NCBI GenBank assembly: GCA_013416795.1
Contig: RQSC01000518.1
Location: 72,510-136,509 of the forward strand
Length of the DNA: 64,000 nucleotides
Direction of reading: 5' to 3'
Origin: Prasinococcaceae sp. CCMP 1430
Lineage: Eukaryota; Plantae; Prasinodermophyta
Position numbers and translations under genes: made by a program. The notes beneath the pieces are model-generated. The model saw nothing but the letters and a program-made list of their open reading frames with translations, had not been told where the DNA came from and did no database searches. Positions 45,024-56,365 of this stretch are shown here, piece by piece; position 1 is the stretch's first letter, and each line of letters starts with the position of its first letter.

Positions 45024-48000
45024 ATGGGAGACGCGCTTGAGGGCCGCCTGCGGCGAGCGCTGGGCTCGTCGGTGGCGGGGGCGACGCAGGCGTTGATGGT
45101 CGTGATGCGTGCGACGCATGCAGGCAAGGACATCGGCGCGTTCATACCCGACATCGTCGAGCATGTCTTGGAGACGCCCACGAGCTTTGCAGCGAAGCGT
45201 GCTGGGTACGCTGTGGTTGCCGCTGGGCTCGCGCCAAACGAGCCCGAGTGGGCGCGCGTCGCCAAGGCGATGAGGCTGGACATGGAGCACAACGACACAC
45301 AGGTCCGCATTGCAGCGTGGTCGCTGGCGCCGAGTCTTCCGTCTGAGAGGGCGGTCGAGCTCCTTCTCGGCGGGGGCAAAGAGATCTCCGCCGGCCTCAA
45401 GTCGACAGAGAGCGGCGAGGTCCGTGCCGCAGCCGTCCAGGGCCTGGGCGGCATGCTTCTCCGCGCCGACGTGCTTGGTCGCGTCTGCGAGTCCGAAGCG
45501 GCCGTCGAACAGGTAGAGCGCTGGACGGATATACTGGTTGGAGCGGCGACGGAGGATGACAGCCACCTAGCAGCTGCGGCAGCGTTCGCAGCCGCTGCGG
45601 CTTTTATTCGCGCGGGCGAGGAAGCGGCACTAGTCGTGACCGGGAAATATGGAGGCTCCGGCGTGCTGTGCGCTCACTCGCCGGGAGAATGTGACTCGCT
45701 GAGGGCGGCAGCTGCCGCAGAGCCCCTCGTCATTCGCCTCGCCGAGAAAGCCCGCGCCAGGCTTTGGGAGAAGCATGGCCTCGCGCTCTCTCGCGCAAAA
45801 GCGCTGCCCCTCGAGTCGCAGCCCACAGCTGTGCGCACCCTCGCCGCGGTTGTGTCAGCCACTGCTGGTGGTGGCGCGCCTGCTCTGCTCAGCGCGGCAC
45901 TCGGGCGTGTCCCGCCGGAGACGCCTCCCCAGGCCGAGCTCGCCTCCGCGTGCAACTTGGTAGGGCAGTTTTGTCTGGGCTGCCTCCGCTCGCCCAAAGA
46001 GGCGCTCCGGTATGCCGGAGCCCAGGGGCTGCTGGCGCTCGCAAGTCGTGCCAGCATGACTGAGTACGCCCGACCGGCATTGACGGCGTCGCTCTCGCTC
46101 ATGGGCAGCAGAGCGTTCGTCGCCGCGCGCGGCGAACTCATCACATGCGCCGCGAGGCATGTGCGCCATGTGGAAGCCCCGCTGCAATTTCCGCTGTTGA
46201 GGAGGCTCCTGCGATCATGCAAGGCCATACCTGAGAGCGAGGGGAGGCGCCGGGCCTTGTGTGCCGTCAGCAACGCCGCACTTATGCTGGGCGAAGCGGA
46301 GAAGTTGCGCGAAGGAGCGAGTTGCGTGACTGCATGTGCGTTCGCCCGCCTGACCGCTGATGGAGACATCCGCAAGGAGATGAATGCTGCGACATCGAGC
46401 GGACAGGGTGCCGCAGGTAGGGGCGAGTCGTTGCCTGCGTTCAGGGAGGAGCTCGTTGCCACTGTGCTGAGCGTGTGTGGCAGCAGGTGTCCGCCAGCCG
46501 CATCGCCACTCGGACAGCGAAGCGCGTGGGCCAGCGTCTGCGTTCAGTGCCTGCGCACGTGCCAGTCCTGCCTCGGGTGGCGATGCCACGGGGATGACAG
46601 CACAGACCATGGCTCTATTCATGGGCGCTCCGCTGCTCCTGCGGAGTGGCTGCGAATGCTTAGTGTGCTTGCGTCGATGCACCCGGCGAAGGCCGTGGGC
46701 GAGGATCGCATCGCTGATGAGGTGCAGGGCCTTCTCGCGACCCTACTTGCTCTCATCGGCAAGCTACCTGTGGAAGCTTTGAAACCGGTCGCGACGTGGG
46801 TAGTTGCGCAGCACTTGGCGTCTCCTGCTCCGGGGAGCGCCATTGCTGAGGCTGCGGTGCGCTCCGTCGAGAGACTGCTTGTTGCCGGCGACACGGCGGC
46901 GGTGCGGAGGGCCGCGATGGCAGCTACCAGCGAAAGCAGCGGAGTGCTGAAGCCGACACCGCGAGAAGTGGGCACGCGTGCAGGCATCGACGCGAGTGCA
47001 GCCGAGGCTGCGCTGCAGTCAGCGCTGGCGTTCGCACAGTCTGGAGGCACCATCGCGGAGAATCTCGCAGCGATCATCGAGCAGCACCTCGGGCAGCTAG
47101 GCTCAGCTGCAGATGCGCCGACGCGTGAGGCGGCGGTCGCCGTTGCCGGTCGGCTGCGCGAGGCGATCGAAGGCAGCGGCACATCGCTCGTCGCCAGCGA
47201 CACCGTCGGCGACCACTCGGCCGAGCTCCCTTTCGGGCCGCTGTCGTCGTTCGAGTATCACACAAGCGCAGCGAGGGCAGACAGGGAGCTGATTGACAAT
47301 TGCCGCGACATTGCGGCGGCAGAGGGTATCGTGGAGCGCTGCAGCAGTGCTTTGAATGGGCATGTCTCGGACGCGGTGGCAGCGTCAGGCGCTGCTGCGG
47401 CCGTCGCAGGAGCTGATGGGCCCGCCGCGACCGCCCAGCCGATCATTGGTGACGGTCTTGGCTCGCGTAGCGTGATGGGAGAGGCAGCGGATTGGGAGTG
47501 CGAGCTCGGGACCGAGGCGAGCGCTTGCAACGCAGGTGGCTTGGTGCAGCCGTGGCATGCGGACGCCCCGTCTGTTTGCGTCACTGGAGGGAGCGACCCC
47601 CTTTCGATTGAGGCCTCCGTGCTGCCTGACGCGGACGCGCGATGCGTCCGACTTTGCCTGAATGTCACCAACGCCACGGAAGTCACGGTTAGCAAAGCAG
47701 CCGTGCGCGTGGGCCTTGTTGGGCCAGTGGCGTTTGCTTCGCCTGCTGCGCACGCAATGGCTAGGCTTCCACGCTTGGCAGCGTCCGATAGCTGCGCCTT
47801 GGACTTTACGGTGGCGTGCACAGCGCCAGGGAGGGCCACCCTATGCGTCCAAGTCTTGCTTTACCCCGAGATCACTGGGCCCGACGACGAGGAGGAGGAC
47901 TGGGGCGCGGACGCGCACGCGCCCCCTCTGCCGAACGTTGCACCAAACGTGCTTCGCTGCGTTCCTTACACGCTGCCGATCTCCGCCACCTTCGTGCGGG

Positions 48001-48542
48001 CCCATTGTGCACCGGGGGATTTCTACACACGATGGGACGCCCTCCCACATGCGATCACCCTGCGAGCCTTGTACGCGGGTGGGGGCGGAAAGACCGGTGA
48101 GGGCTCTTCTGCGGCGAGATCTGCCGCCTCGTTCCTGTCAGCAATGGGCACAGCGAGGAGAAACAACCTGAGCGTTGTGGCTAGCACATCCGAACCTGTG
48201 CGCTCGGCGTCTCTGCTGGCGCGCACGTGGTGGGGAGACACGCTCGCACTTGCCCTGACGGAGACGCACACGGCATCGGTGTCGATCGCGGTGAGGTCAT
48301 CGAGCTTTCCGCTCGTCCACTCGGCGCGAGTGAGCGCGAGCGCATTTCTTGCTGACCTCTTTGGTGCCTCGCTGGTCGACGCTGAGAGCCGCCCGCGCGG
48401 GACCATCGGCGTCTCAGCAGACGTGGGTAGGCCGGGTCCCGGCAAGGCGACCACCGACGTACATGCGGCGGCGAAGAATCAGGACGCACTTGACCAGGCT
48501 GCGATTGCAGGATGGCGCGTGCTCAAGGGTGTCGCAGCATAG
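45024..48542 (+). CDS. TPLATE: TPLATE (TSET/TPLATE complex beta-like adaptin subunit)
   Basis: 1172 aa single ORF. N-terminus AL....AGKDI.....VE.V...P.S..AK...W..V....R.D...D..V..AA and appendage TGGSDP..IEA...L.V.N.T......VRVGL.G...LRC.PY.LP match my recollection of plant TPLATE. Confidence 0.8.
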   Translation: MGDALEGRLRRALGSSVAGATQALMVVMRATHAGKDIGAFIPDIVEHVLETPTSFAAKRAGYAVVAAGLAPNEPEWARVAKAMRLDMEHNDTQVRIAAWSLAPSLPSERAVELLLGGGKEISAGLKSTESGEVRAAAVQGLGGMLLRADVLGRVCESEAAVEQVERWTDILVGAATEDDSHLAAAAAFAAAAAFIRAGEEAALVVTGKYGGSGVLCAHSPGECDSLRAAAAAEPLVIRLAEKARARLWEKHGLALSRAKALPLESQPTAVRTLAAVVSATAGGGAPALLSAALGRVPPETPPQAELASACNLVGQFCLGCLRSPKEALRYAGAQGLLALASRASMTEYARPALTASLSLMGSRAFVAARGELITCAARHVRHVEAPLQFPLLRRLLRSCKAIPESEGRRRALCAVSNAALMLGEAEKLREGASCVTACAFARLTADGDIRKEMNAATSSGQGAAGRGESLPAFREELVATVLSVCGSRCPPAASPLGQRSAWASVCVQCLRTCQSCLGWRCHGDDSTDHGSIHGRSAAPAEWLRMLSVLASMHPAKAVGEDRIADEVQGLLATLLALIGKLPVEALKPVATWVVAQHLASPAPGSAIAEAAVRSVERLLVAGDTAAVRRAAMAATSESSGVLKPTPREVGTRAGIDASAAEAALQSALAFAQSGGTIAENLAAIIEQHLGQLGSAADAPTREAAVAVAGRLREAIEGSGTSLVASDTVGDHSAELPFGPLSSFEYHTSAARADRELIDNCRDIAAAEGIVERCSSALNGHVSDAVAASGAAAAVAGADGPAATAQPIIGDGLGSRSVMGEAADWECELGTEASACNAGGLVQPWHADAPSVCVTGGSDPLSIEASVLPDADARCVRLCLNVTNATEVTVSKAAVRVGLVGPVAFASPAAHAMARLPRLAASDSCALDFTVACTAPGRATLCVQVLLYPEITGPDDEEEDWGADAHAPPLPNVAPNVLRCVPYTLPISATFVRAHCAPGDFYTRWDALPHAITLRALYAGGGGKTGEGSSAARSAASFLSAMGTARRNNLSVVASTSEPVRSASLLARTWWGDTLALALTETHTASVSIAVRSSSFPLVHSARVSASAFLADLFGASLVDAESRPRGTIGVSADVGRPGPGKATTDVHAAAKNQDALDQAAIAGWRVLKGVAA

Positions 48543-48618
48543 CTGGTGCCACTCGGCGTGCGCGTCGAAGGCGCTGCGTCGATTGCGTCGTAATTATTGA
48601 TTGTTGCTGTACTAATGC

Positions 48619-49941
48619 TCATGAGAGCACACCTCGCAGAGCTGGCAGCAAGGCAAGAGCAATGAATGTGGCGGTGGCGTTGCCAAGGTTGCCCAAAAGG
48701 ACACCTGGCGTGGCATCTGCGCCGCGCGCGGTCGCGAGCGCGGCAGCCGTCGCAGGTCCGCCCACAGCCGCGTTGCTACACAGCGCGGCATCTAGTGCCG
48801 AGATGCCAAACACCTCGCGCGCTGCAGCGATAGCCACAAGATGGGCTGCGTAAATCACTGTGAGGAGTAAAGCCACCGGTAGGAGCGTGTGTGGGTCGAG
48901 CCCTGCAATCCTGCCGCCCGAGATTCCTGCTGAGGCAAAGAAGAGCCCCAGCATTACGCGCGCGAGCGCCATGCCTGGGGCCTGCAGCGGCTGCAGCGCG
49001 CGTGGTGCAACGGTCGCCAGCGCCACGGTCGCCGCACTCGCCGCGACGATCGTGCTCGAGCCCACGCCGAGAGCGCCAACGAAGGCCACGATTGCAAGCG
49101 AAAGCGCCAGCGACGCAGTCAGCCCTTCGGCATCAATCTCGTCACTGCCGGTGCTGCCAGGACTGGATTCTGGTGCGCTGTCGCGTGCGCTCGCGCACTC
49201 TCTTGCGCCTTCTCGCCAAGCCAGCCAAAAGTTCACGGCAGGGAAGTAAAGGAGCGCCCCCAAGTTGTCTGCAGCTAAACCGAGCGCTACGACAGTCGAG
49301 GACACCCCGGCAGAATCAGCAACTGCGACGAAGTTGAATCCCCCCCCAATGTTCTTCGCAGCGAGTGCCGCTGAGAGCCCCGCTGCGTCTTCTACGCCCT
49401 TGCCCGCGAGCGAATCAAGTGCGCCCGTTAGCGATGCGCCGAGCAGCCATACACCGAGCAGCGCGCCGCCTGCCGCGCCTGCCGCCCCCATGGCGAATGC
49501 AGGCACAAGCCTCCCTGCACCGCGCACGATGCTGCGCAGGTCGGCACCTAACAGCAGCAGCGGCGTCGCCGAGGCCACCAGCGCGCTCTGCAATGCTCTG
49601 AGCTCGGTGGGGTCGACCAGCGAAGCGGCACCGATCGCGGCGCTGCCAGCATTGACGAGCACGGCGCCGGAGAGCATCGTCGCGACAGGCGCACTCAGCG
49701 CGCGCCCGAACGACGATCGCTGCGCGAGCGTAGACCCCGCAGCTGAGCAGAGCGCAAGAGCGGCCCACAGCGCAGTTCCGCTCAGTGCCGCACCGCCTGC
49801 TGTGCACACCGGCAGGGCGCGCGCCTGCGTGCACCATTGTGCTCCTTGCGTGTGTCGCGCCCGCGCGCGCAAAGTCCGCTCACATCGGCGTGGCCTGCGT
49901 AGTGGCGGCGGTGGCGCCACGCTGCCGCGCGCTGCGCGCAT
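48619..49941 (-). CDS. DUF819 family multi-pass membrane protein, probably plastid
   Basis: TPLLLLGADLR, AAKNIGGG.NFVAVA, AADNL, FFASAG..G, SNAAVGGPATAAA.A...PGVL.G.LG.A.ATF. Start at 49941 or 49995. Confidence 0.85.
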   Translation of the reverse strand: MRAARGSVAPPPPLRRPRRCERTLRARARHTQGAQWCTQARALPVCTAGGAALSGTALWAALALCSAAGSTLAQRSSFGRALSAPVATMLSGAVLVNAGSAAIGAASLVDPTELRALQSALVASATPLLLLGADLRSIVRGAGRLVPAFAMGAAGAAGGALLGVWLLGASLTGALDSLAGKGVEDAAGLSAALAAKNIGGGFNFVAVADSAGVSSTVVALGLAADNLGALLYFPAVNFWLAWREGARECASARDSAPESSPGSTGSDEIDAEGLTASLALSLAIVAFVGALGVGSSTIVAASAATVALATVAPRALQPLQAPGMALARVMLGLFFASAGISGGRIAGLDPHTLLPVALLLTVIYAAHLVAIAAAREVFGISALDAALCSNAAVGGPATAAALATARGADATPGVLLGNLGNATATFIALALLPALRGVLS

Positions 49942-50215
49942 CGCTGTGTGACACCGCCGCGCGTGGCCCGTCGCTGTCCTGGGGTTGCGGTGCATTACAG
50001 TAGACTTTCGCTGCGCCGCACGAATTTACTGCACGTTTCGGCCCGCGCGGCGCGAGGTGCGCAGGGAGGTCTCATTGGGGGTTGACGCTGCAGGGGCGCG
50101 CACACGAGCAGCGCAGCGCGCCCGCCCTGCAGAGAAGCGCGAGTACCCGCACAGTCTGGGTCCGCGGACGCTGGCTGCCTCACCCGCGAGCGCCGCTGCG
50201 GCCTCGGGGTGGGAT

Positions 50216-51079
50216 TCACGCAGCGGCGGCGCCCAGGGACCCCGCACCCTCCAGGCCGTGGGCGGCAACGCGCGACACTACAGCTGGCCTGCCGCACACC
50301 ATCTCCATGTCCTCGAAGACAAGCGCCACGAGCGGGCGGCCCGCGAGCGCGCGGCGTGCGGGAGCAGATGCACCGTCAGGGGCCGCCGCATCCATGGCGG
50401 GCAGCTCGACACGTGCAGGCCGTGCAGGCCGCACGTTGGCGGAGAGTCTGACAGCGTATCGTAGCATGTCCGGGCAGGCGGATGTGAGTCCAGAGAAGCT
50501 CGGCAGGCTCATGCGGATGCGCGGCCCTGCAGCGAGGCCAGTCCTCTTGGGTGGTACTCTATGGAATGTCGCGACCTCAGGGAGGCGCTGCTGGTGCACC
50601 TCAACGTCGGCCGGGTCCGCGCCGCCATGGCCGTTGCTGCGATCATATGCGCGGCCACGCAGTCGCCGCCACGGCGCGAGCAGGCGATGCGCAGTTCCGC
50701 GCGCGGGCCTTTCCCTGACGGTCACCGACACCGGCTCCCTCGTACACGCTCGCCGTGAGAACGCCGCGTGGCGCGACGGCAGGCCGACGTGCGCGACGCC
50801 GTGCGCGCGCGCCTCGTCGTGGCACACATGCACGCGGCTCGCCCACGCGCAGCTGGTGGGCGGCTCCCACACGACGCCGCCCAGCGTGACGAGCTCCTGC
50901 ATTGGACCCACGGGCGACTCATCGTACTCGGCGAGGAAGAAGCCGCCGAGGCACCAGCCGAACGCCTCGACGAGCCGCAGCTCCTCGGGCACGGCCGCTC
51001 GCGCGTCCGCCGCGCGCAGCAGCTGCAGCTGGTAGACGGCGCGCCCGCGGAACGTCCACGGCGGCTCGCCGTACCCCAT
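50216..51079 (-). CDS. NXD1: Neoxanthin-deficient 1 (NXD1)-like protein
   Basis: GYGEPPWTFRGRAVYQLQL...VP.ELRLVEAFGW.LGGFFLAEYD.SP.G...ELV..GG.VW.PPTSCAWA.RV.V....AR.HG...VGLPS; GPRI..SLPSFSG. Confidence 0.88.
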   Translation of the reverse strand: MGYGEPPWTFRGRAVYQLQLLRAADARAAVPEELRLVEAFGWCLGGFFLAEYDESPVGPMQELVTLGGVVWEPPTSCAWASRVHVCHDEARAHGVAHVGLPSRHAAFSRRACTREPVSVTVRERPARGTAHRLLAPWRRLRGRAYDRSNGHGGADPADVEVHQQRLPEVATFHRVPPKRTGLAAGPRIRMSLPSFSGLTSACPDMLRYAVRLSANVRPARPARVELPAMDAAAPDGASAPARRALAGRPLVALVFEDMEMVCGRPAVVSRVAAHGLEGAGSLGAAAA

Positions 51080-51715
51080 TCCGCCCCCCCGAGCCCTGCT
51101 CCACCCCCCTGTGCCCAGATCCGCCCAGCCCTTTCCCTCCCGCCCTTTCTCTCCGCTCCGGCCGCCCCTCGTCGCGCGCCCGGCGCGCGCAGGCGCTGCT
51201 GCAGGGGGCGCGCGCGCGCGCTGTGGCACCCCCCCGGCCGGGCTGGATTCCCACACCTCCCCTCCCCAAATCCAGCCAGTCCTCACCCAGGTGGCGTGTG
51301 GCAGGCGCGCGATCCCGATCCGCAGCGCGATCCGTTGCGGGCCCACCGCCTCCACGATGGCACGGCCCAATCCGCATCCGCATCCGCATCCCCACTGCGC
51401 AGCCGGGAGCCGCCCGCCTCTACACCCATGATGATGGTAGGCTAGTCTCTAGCTGCAGCTGTGCATTCGTATCGTATGTACAGTGCATTTGCAGTGCATC
51501 GCTGCCGCCGCTTGCGCGCGCTCCTGGCTGTGGCTGGCCGGCTGGCGCGCCGTCGTGCCGGGATTGCGTGATGTGGATGTGATCGTCGGCGGGAGCACGG
51601 AGGACGAGGCAGGCCATCGCGCGAGCGCCGGAAAAGCTCATTTGGGCGGAGTTTTGATTTGAAAAGGACGTGGCGATTGCATCCATCCGGCTACTGCGTG
51701 GAAGACTTAGTGAAG

Positions 51716-52642
51716 CTACTGTATCACCACGATGGTGTGTCTACGTCTACGACGGGCATGCCATGCGCACTGGCCACGGCCGCGAATGCAGCAGGGGCGC
51801 GCCACACGCGCCGCATGGCGTGTGCCGCCGCGCCGCCGCGCGCCGAGCGCGTGCGTGCCGCTGCCGCCGTCGCTGCCGCCGCCGCCGCCGCCGCGCGCCT
51901 GCTCGGCCACCATCTGCGCGACCGACAGCAGCCTCACCGCGCGCTGCGCTGCCTCCGCCGCGCGGCTGTCGTCTGTGAAGAGCGGCGGCAGGTTGGCGAG
52001 GTCGCCGTCGCACGCGGCGAAGGCCCGCAATTGCTCGATGAGCTCTGCGGCCTCAAGCGCGCGCGCGCGCACGCCGTCCGCGCGGCGCAAGCGCTGGCCG
52101 ACGCGCACGGCGGTGTGGGCCACGTGTGCGATGCGTCCCTCGAGCGCGTCCAGAGCGCGCATGAGCTCCGCGGCGGGATCGCCCGCACCGGCGCCACCTT
52201 TCCCCTGGGCGACGCCCATGCGCTCCGTCGCGGCGGCCTCCGCGGCCACGGCCTCGCGCTCGAGGCGAATCGCGCGCGCCTTGGCCTCGCGCCGGAGCTG
52301 GCCGACGTCAGCGCGCGCCGCGCCCAGCAGCTTGGCCATGCGCTCCGCGCCGACGAACGGCGCGCCGTGATCGGCTCCGTCGCCCGCGTCCGCCGTCGCC
52401 CCCGCGCCGCCCAGCTGGTCGAGCGACATCCACTGCGCGAGGAGCGCGCCCACGTCGGCGCCGTCGCCGTGGAAGGACGCCTCGGACACGGCGCCCCCGG
52501 CCTTGCTGGAGGCGTGCGAGAGGCCCGGCCCGTGCGGGTGCCCGTTGCCGCCGCTGCGGCTCGCGGCGCCGCCGGACGCAGCAGGCGTCGCCGCGGTGAG
52601 CACGGTGAGCTTTTGCACGAGCGCGGCCGATGAGCTCGGCAT
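51716..52642 (-). pseudogene. SEC10: Exocyst SEC10 N-terminal fragment (partial gene)
   Basis: LEGRIAHVAHTAVRVGQRL..AD..R.RA.EA.ELIEQL..F....GDL.NL.PLFTDDSR.AEAA..A.RL matches the plant SEC10 N-terminus. Similarity ends at a GCC repeat near 51870-51895. Confidence 0.75.
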
Positions 52643-52712
52643 CGACCGAGCGAGCCTGCCGCCGCTCACCCGCACGCTGGCGGACGCGTGGGACGCCGAC
52701 TTCCGCCGCCGC

Positions 52713-53499
52713 ATGGCGCGCGACGTCTTCGCGGCAGTGGGCAGGAGTCTCGCGAGACGCCAAGAGTGCACCGCTGCAGCGCGCGCGGCAGCCGCGCTCG
52801 GCGTGCCCGCGCCACGCCGCAGCCGCGAAGGGAGGTGCTGGGCGCTAATGGTGGCGGACATCGTCGAGGAGGAGGACGGCCGAGTCGGGAACGAATGCGT
52901 CGGGGATGTCAGTGCCCCGCGTGGCAATACGGGCAAGAAGGAGGGCGGTCGCGGCGCACCGGCGTGCGGCCTGGAGCGAAGCATCGCGGGAACGCTCACG
53001 TTCTCCATCGCGGTGCCTGACGCGCCGCTGCCTCCCCCGTGGCCAGCGATGGGGCGACAGAAGCGTGCTTATGCCAGCAACGTGGCTGTTTCGCCCGCCG
53101 CGCGTCGAAAGGGCGTGGCCAGCGCGCTGCTCAGCGCTGCGGAGAGACGCGCGGCGCGCCTCGGGTACGACGAGCTTTGGCTTCACGTCGACCAGGTGAG
53201 CAGCTACCGCTTAAGCGCTCCCAGGGGCGCTTCGCGCCAAATGGCCGCTCGCGCGTGCTGGCGCCAGCAGCTCCTGACGCGTGTGATGTGCGCTGCGCCC
53301 AACGCGCGAGCAGGGCAACGAAGGCGCGCTGGCTCTGTACAGGGCGCTTGGGTACGAGAGCGCCGGACTCGAGCCCGCCACCGCTGCTGCGCTCGCGCTG
53401 CGTCTCGGCGCGCGGAGGCACATGCTGCGCAAGTGCCTGCGCGTGGCGCCATGGGCAAAGCGCGCACGCGCGCGTGCCGATGCGCGCGACTTGTTGTGA
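52713..53499 (+). CDS. GNAT acetyltransferase, 2 visible exons: 52713(?)-53195, 53314-53499
   Basis: AYASNVAVSPAARRKGVASALL.AAE..A...GY.ELWLHVDQ-GNEGALALY.ALGY. GTGAGC..CAG intron at 53196-53313. 5' end uncertain. Confidence 0.82.
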
Positions 53500-54219
53500 C
53501 ACCACCGCGGACGCCTAGGCGGATCTCAGCATCATTGCATAACAACACTCGTCTACTTGGTGAAAGACGCATTGCTTGAGCACTCAAGTAGCACGATCGC
53601 GCAGGCGTTGACACGGGGGGATGCGAGGGCGGGCGGCCCCAGTCACCGCCCTCTGCCTCCTCCACCCGCTTACCAGGCCATCGTTCACGGTCGCATGCGC
53701 GTGCGCGCGCGCGAGAGAGAGAGAGTGAGAGAGCGCGACGGTTCCGCTTCAGCTCTACCTCGCTAGCTTGCGCCCGCGCATGGACAGATTTCGTTGGAGT
53801 ACGAGAATGTGTAAACCACGAACCTCAAATCGCTGACCCCGAACTGCCCACCATCACCACGACCCGGGGAAAATGCGTGGGGGGCGCTGGCTGGACTGGA
53901 TAGGGCGCAGAGGCGGCTCGCAGGCGAGGGCGCGCGCGTGGGGGGCAGGGGGGGCAGTGCAAGTACCTCGGACAGCTGCCGAGCCCCCCCCCCCCCCCCC
54001 CGCGCGCCGGGCGCGTGTGCGCGCGCATCCAGGCGTACGTTTTGGGTGGGTGGTAGGCGGGGGCCCCGGGGGGGCCGGGGGCGGGGGCTGCACGAGGGCG
54101 TGCGTGGGCAGGCCGCAGCTTCAAGCTCTGGGCCGGCACGGTCGATACGCACCGCGGTGCAGCGCTGAGCACGACGTGCACACGCAGAGCGCGCAGTTGC
54201 GGTGCGCGCGGCAGGAGCG

Positions 54220-55126
54220 ATGACGATGGCGATGACGATAGGGGTCGGTGGCGTGTTGCCGCGTGCCGCGCGCGCCCCTCGCGCTAGCACGCTTGCCGCG
54301 CGTGCGCCCGTGTGCGCTCAGGCGGCGAAGCGGAAGGGGTTTGGGAAGAAGCCGGCCAAGGTAATTGGCCGCGCGCTCGCGTGGTTGAGCCCTCGTGACC
54401 GCTCGCGCGTCCGAGTACGCTCGGACCGACAATGCCGCACTAGTGCGTGCGCTGCACGTGCAGATTCTGACGCGCGTCACGCTATGGGTCGGCTGTGTGT
54501 GCACGCGCATGCACACGCACACGCACGCATTCCCACCGTATTTGCGCACCCCTTGCAGCCTGCTAAGAAGTCAGCGCCTGCCGAGCCCGCGTACGACCCG
54601 AAGAACCCGTTGGGCCTAACTACTGTGGAGCAAGTGCCACGAGTGGGCGCGCAGCAGCCGGCGGGTGATGCCCAAGAGGCGGAGCGGGAGGTGCGGGGCG
54701 GCCGCGCGTCGTTGCAGGGCACATTGCGAGCGCGCCGTGCCTGTCTCGTCTTGCGTGCATGGCCTCTAACGCGGATTTGCGTGCTCGCGCGAGCAGGAAC
54801 CTGCTGAAATATCCCCGGTGGTGACCGACCGCATCCTCAAGCGCATTCTTACCTTCACGAGCGCCCCACTGGCTGTGGCATTTGCCTCGCCGGTTTTCTT
54901 CTACTGGGCGAACAAGATCCGTGACCCTCCCCTTGACGTACCAACCTCGGTGGTGTACCTGGCGTCGCTCTTCACCTTCGGCCCGGCGCTCGCGGGCATC
55001 TCGTACGCCATCATCAGCTGCTCGTACGACCCTGAGAGGGAGGAGCCCGAGGGCTTCCTGGGCTCGGCGGAGTTCGCCAGGAACCTACCTGAGATTGTCA
55101 GCCAGCTGCGAGGGGGCAGGAGGTAG
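54220..55126 (+). CDS. PAM68: PAM68 (DUF3464) thylakoid PSII assembly family, 3 exons: 54220-54360, 54559-54690, 54797-55126
   Basis: Transit peptide plus KGFG; I.PVVTDRIL.RI.....P; FG.AL.GISYAIIS.SYDP.RE..G.LG..EF..N.P. Confidence 0.85.
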
Positions 55127-55500
55127 CGTGGGCGTGCACGCGCGCACACCAGCGCCACGCGAGTAAAGAGGGGCGCTGCAGTTGGTGTGCAATCGCACAG
55201 CGTGGGCACGAGCGCGTGCGCGAGCGTGGGCGATGAACACGGGTGTGAGGGCGCAGGCGAGGCTGTGCGCTCGTACTGGGTGATGATGTGCCCAACTACG
55301 TGCTCGACGAGAGCCTCAACACACACCGGCAGTGCCTCGTGAACGAGCGCCAACCGCGCTGCGGCGCGCACCACTCGGCCACCGCGAGGTTGTGCCCGTG
55401 CGTCGTGGAAGACACCTGACGCACAACCACGACCAATTGTAATGCAGTAGTTAGTGTAGTTATCGTGACCTGCCCCGCGCAGGCCGCCGCCTAGCAGGGC

Positions 55501-56365
55501 CTACTTGGCTGCATCCGCCGCCATGCGCTTTCTACGGACGTCGTGGTTGTACACGCGCGCCATGGAGACCTCGGTAATTGTGATCGACTCACGCACGTCG
55601 GCGAGGTCCTTGGCGACCGTTGTGCTGTTCTGCTCGGCGTTGCTCAGGTTGACCTCGAGCAGGTGGATGGCCTCGGTGAATGTATACTCAACCATGACGT
55701 TGGCGCCCAGCCACAGGCACACGTACTCTGGCTTGTTGATGTTGGCCTTGGCGAAGATGCCACTCGAGAGCTCGAAGTCCGTTGTCACAGTCTACGCAGC
55801 AGCAGCCAGCGCGCGAGAGAGAGCGCAATCGAGGCATCGTCAGAGTTCGACTGGGTGGGAGGGTGGGGGTGGGGGGGGCATTGCGTCCGTGCCGCAGCCG
55901 TTGAGCGCCGTGGCGTGGCGCGGCGAACATGGGGGCTGGAAATGCGAGAGCGATTTGCGCGAGCTTACCTCGCCCTCGTCGGCCTTCTCCTTCAGCATCC
56001 GGACAAGATCAAGGGTCTTCTTGATCTCAGGCAGTTTGTGCATCAGGCTCGCCTTGCGCTGCGTGAGCTGCATCTCGAGGAACTTGTACTGCTGCATGCG
56101 CTCCTGGAAGCCCTTCAGGACTGCGTCCACATCCTTTCCGGGTTGCGACAGTGGGGCGCAAGAGCGCCGAGCGCGTCAGCAGTGGGGATCGCGCCGCGCT
56201 GGGGCGCGTAATGCGCGCGCGCGCGCTGCCACAGCCGCGGCCGCGCACCTTGCCCTCGCAGTACGCCTCGACGTCCTCAATGAACTGTGCGACCGGGATG
56301 GCCTTCGTGCCCTGCTGCTGCTGCTGCGCCTCGCCCTCGGCGGCGGGCTCGATCTCGTCGCCCAT
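55501..56365 (-). CDS. PFDN3: Prefoldin subunit 3 (VBP1), 3 exons: 56365-56249, 56133-55969, 55791-55501
   Basis: IP.AQFIEDV; QE..QQYKF.E..L......L..KLPEIKKTL; VCLWLGANVMVEY...EA..LL..NL; ITITEVSMARVYN.DV. Confidence 0.94.
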
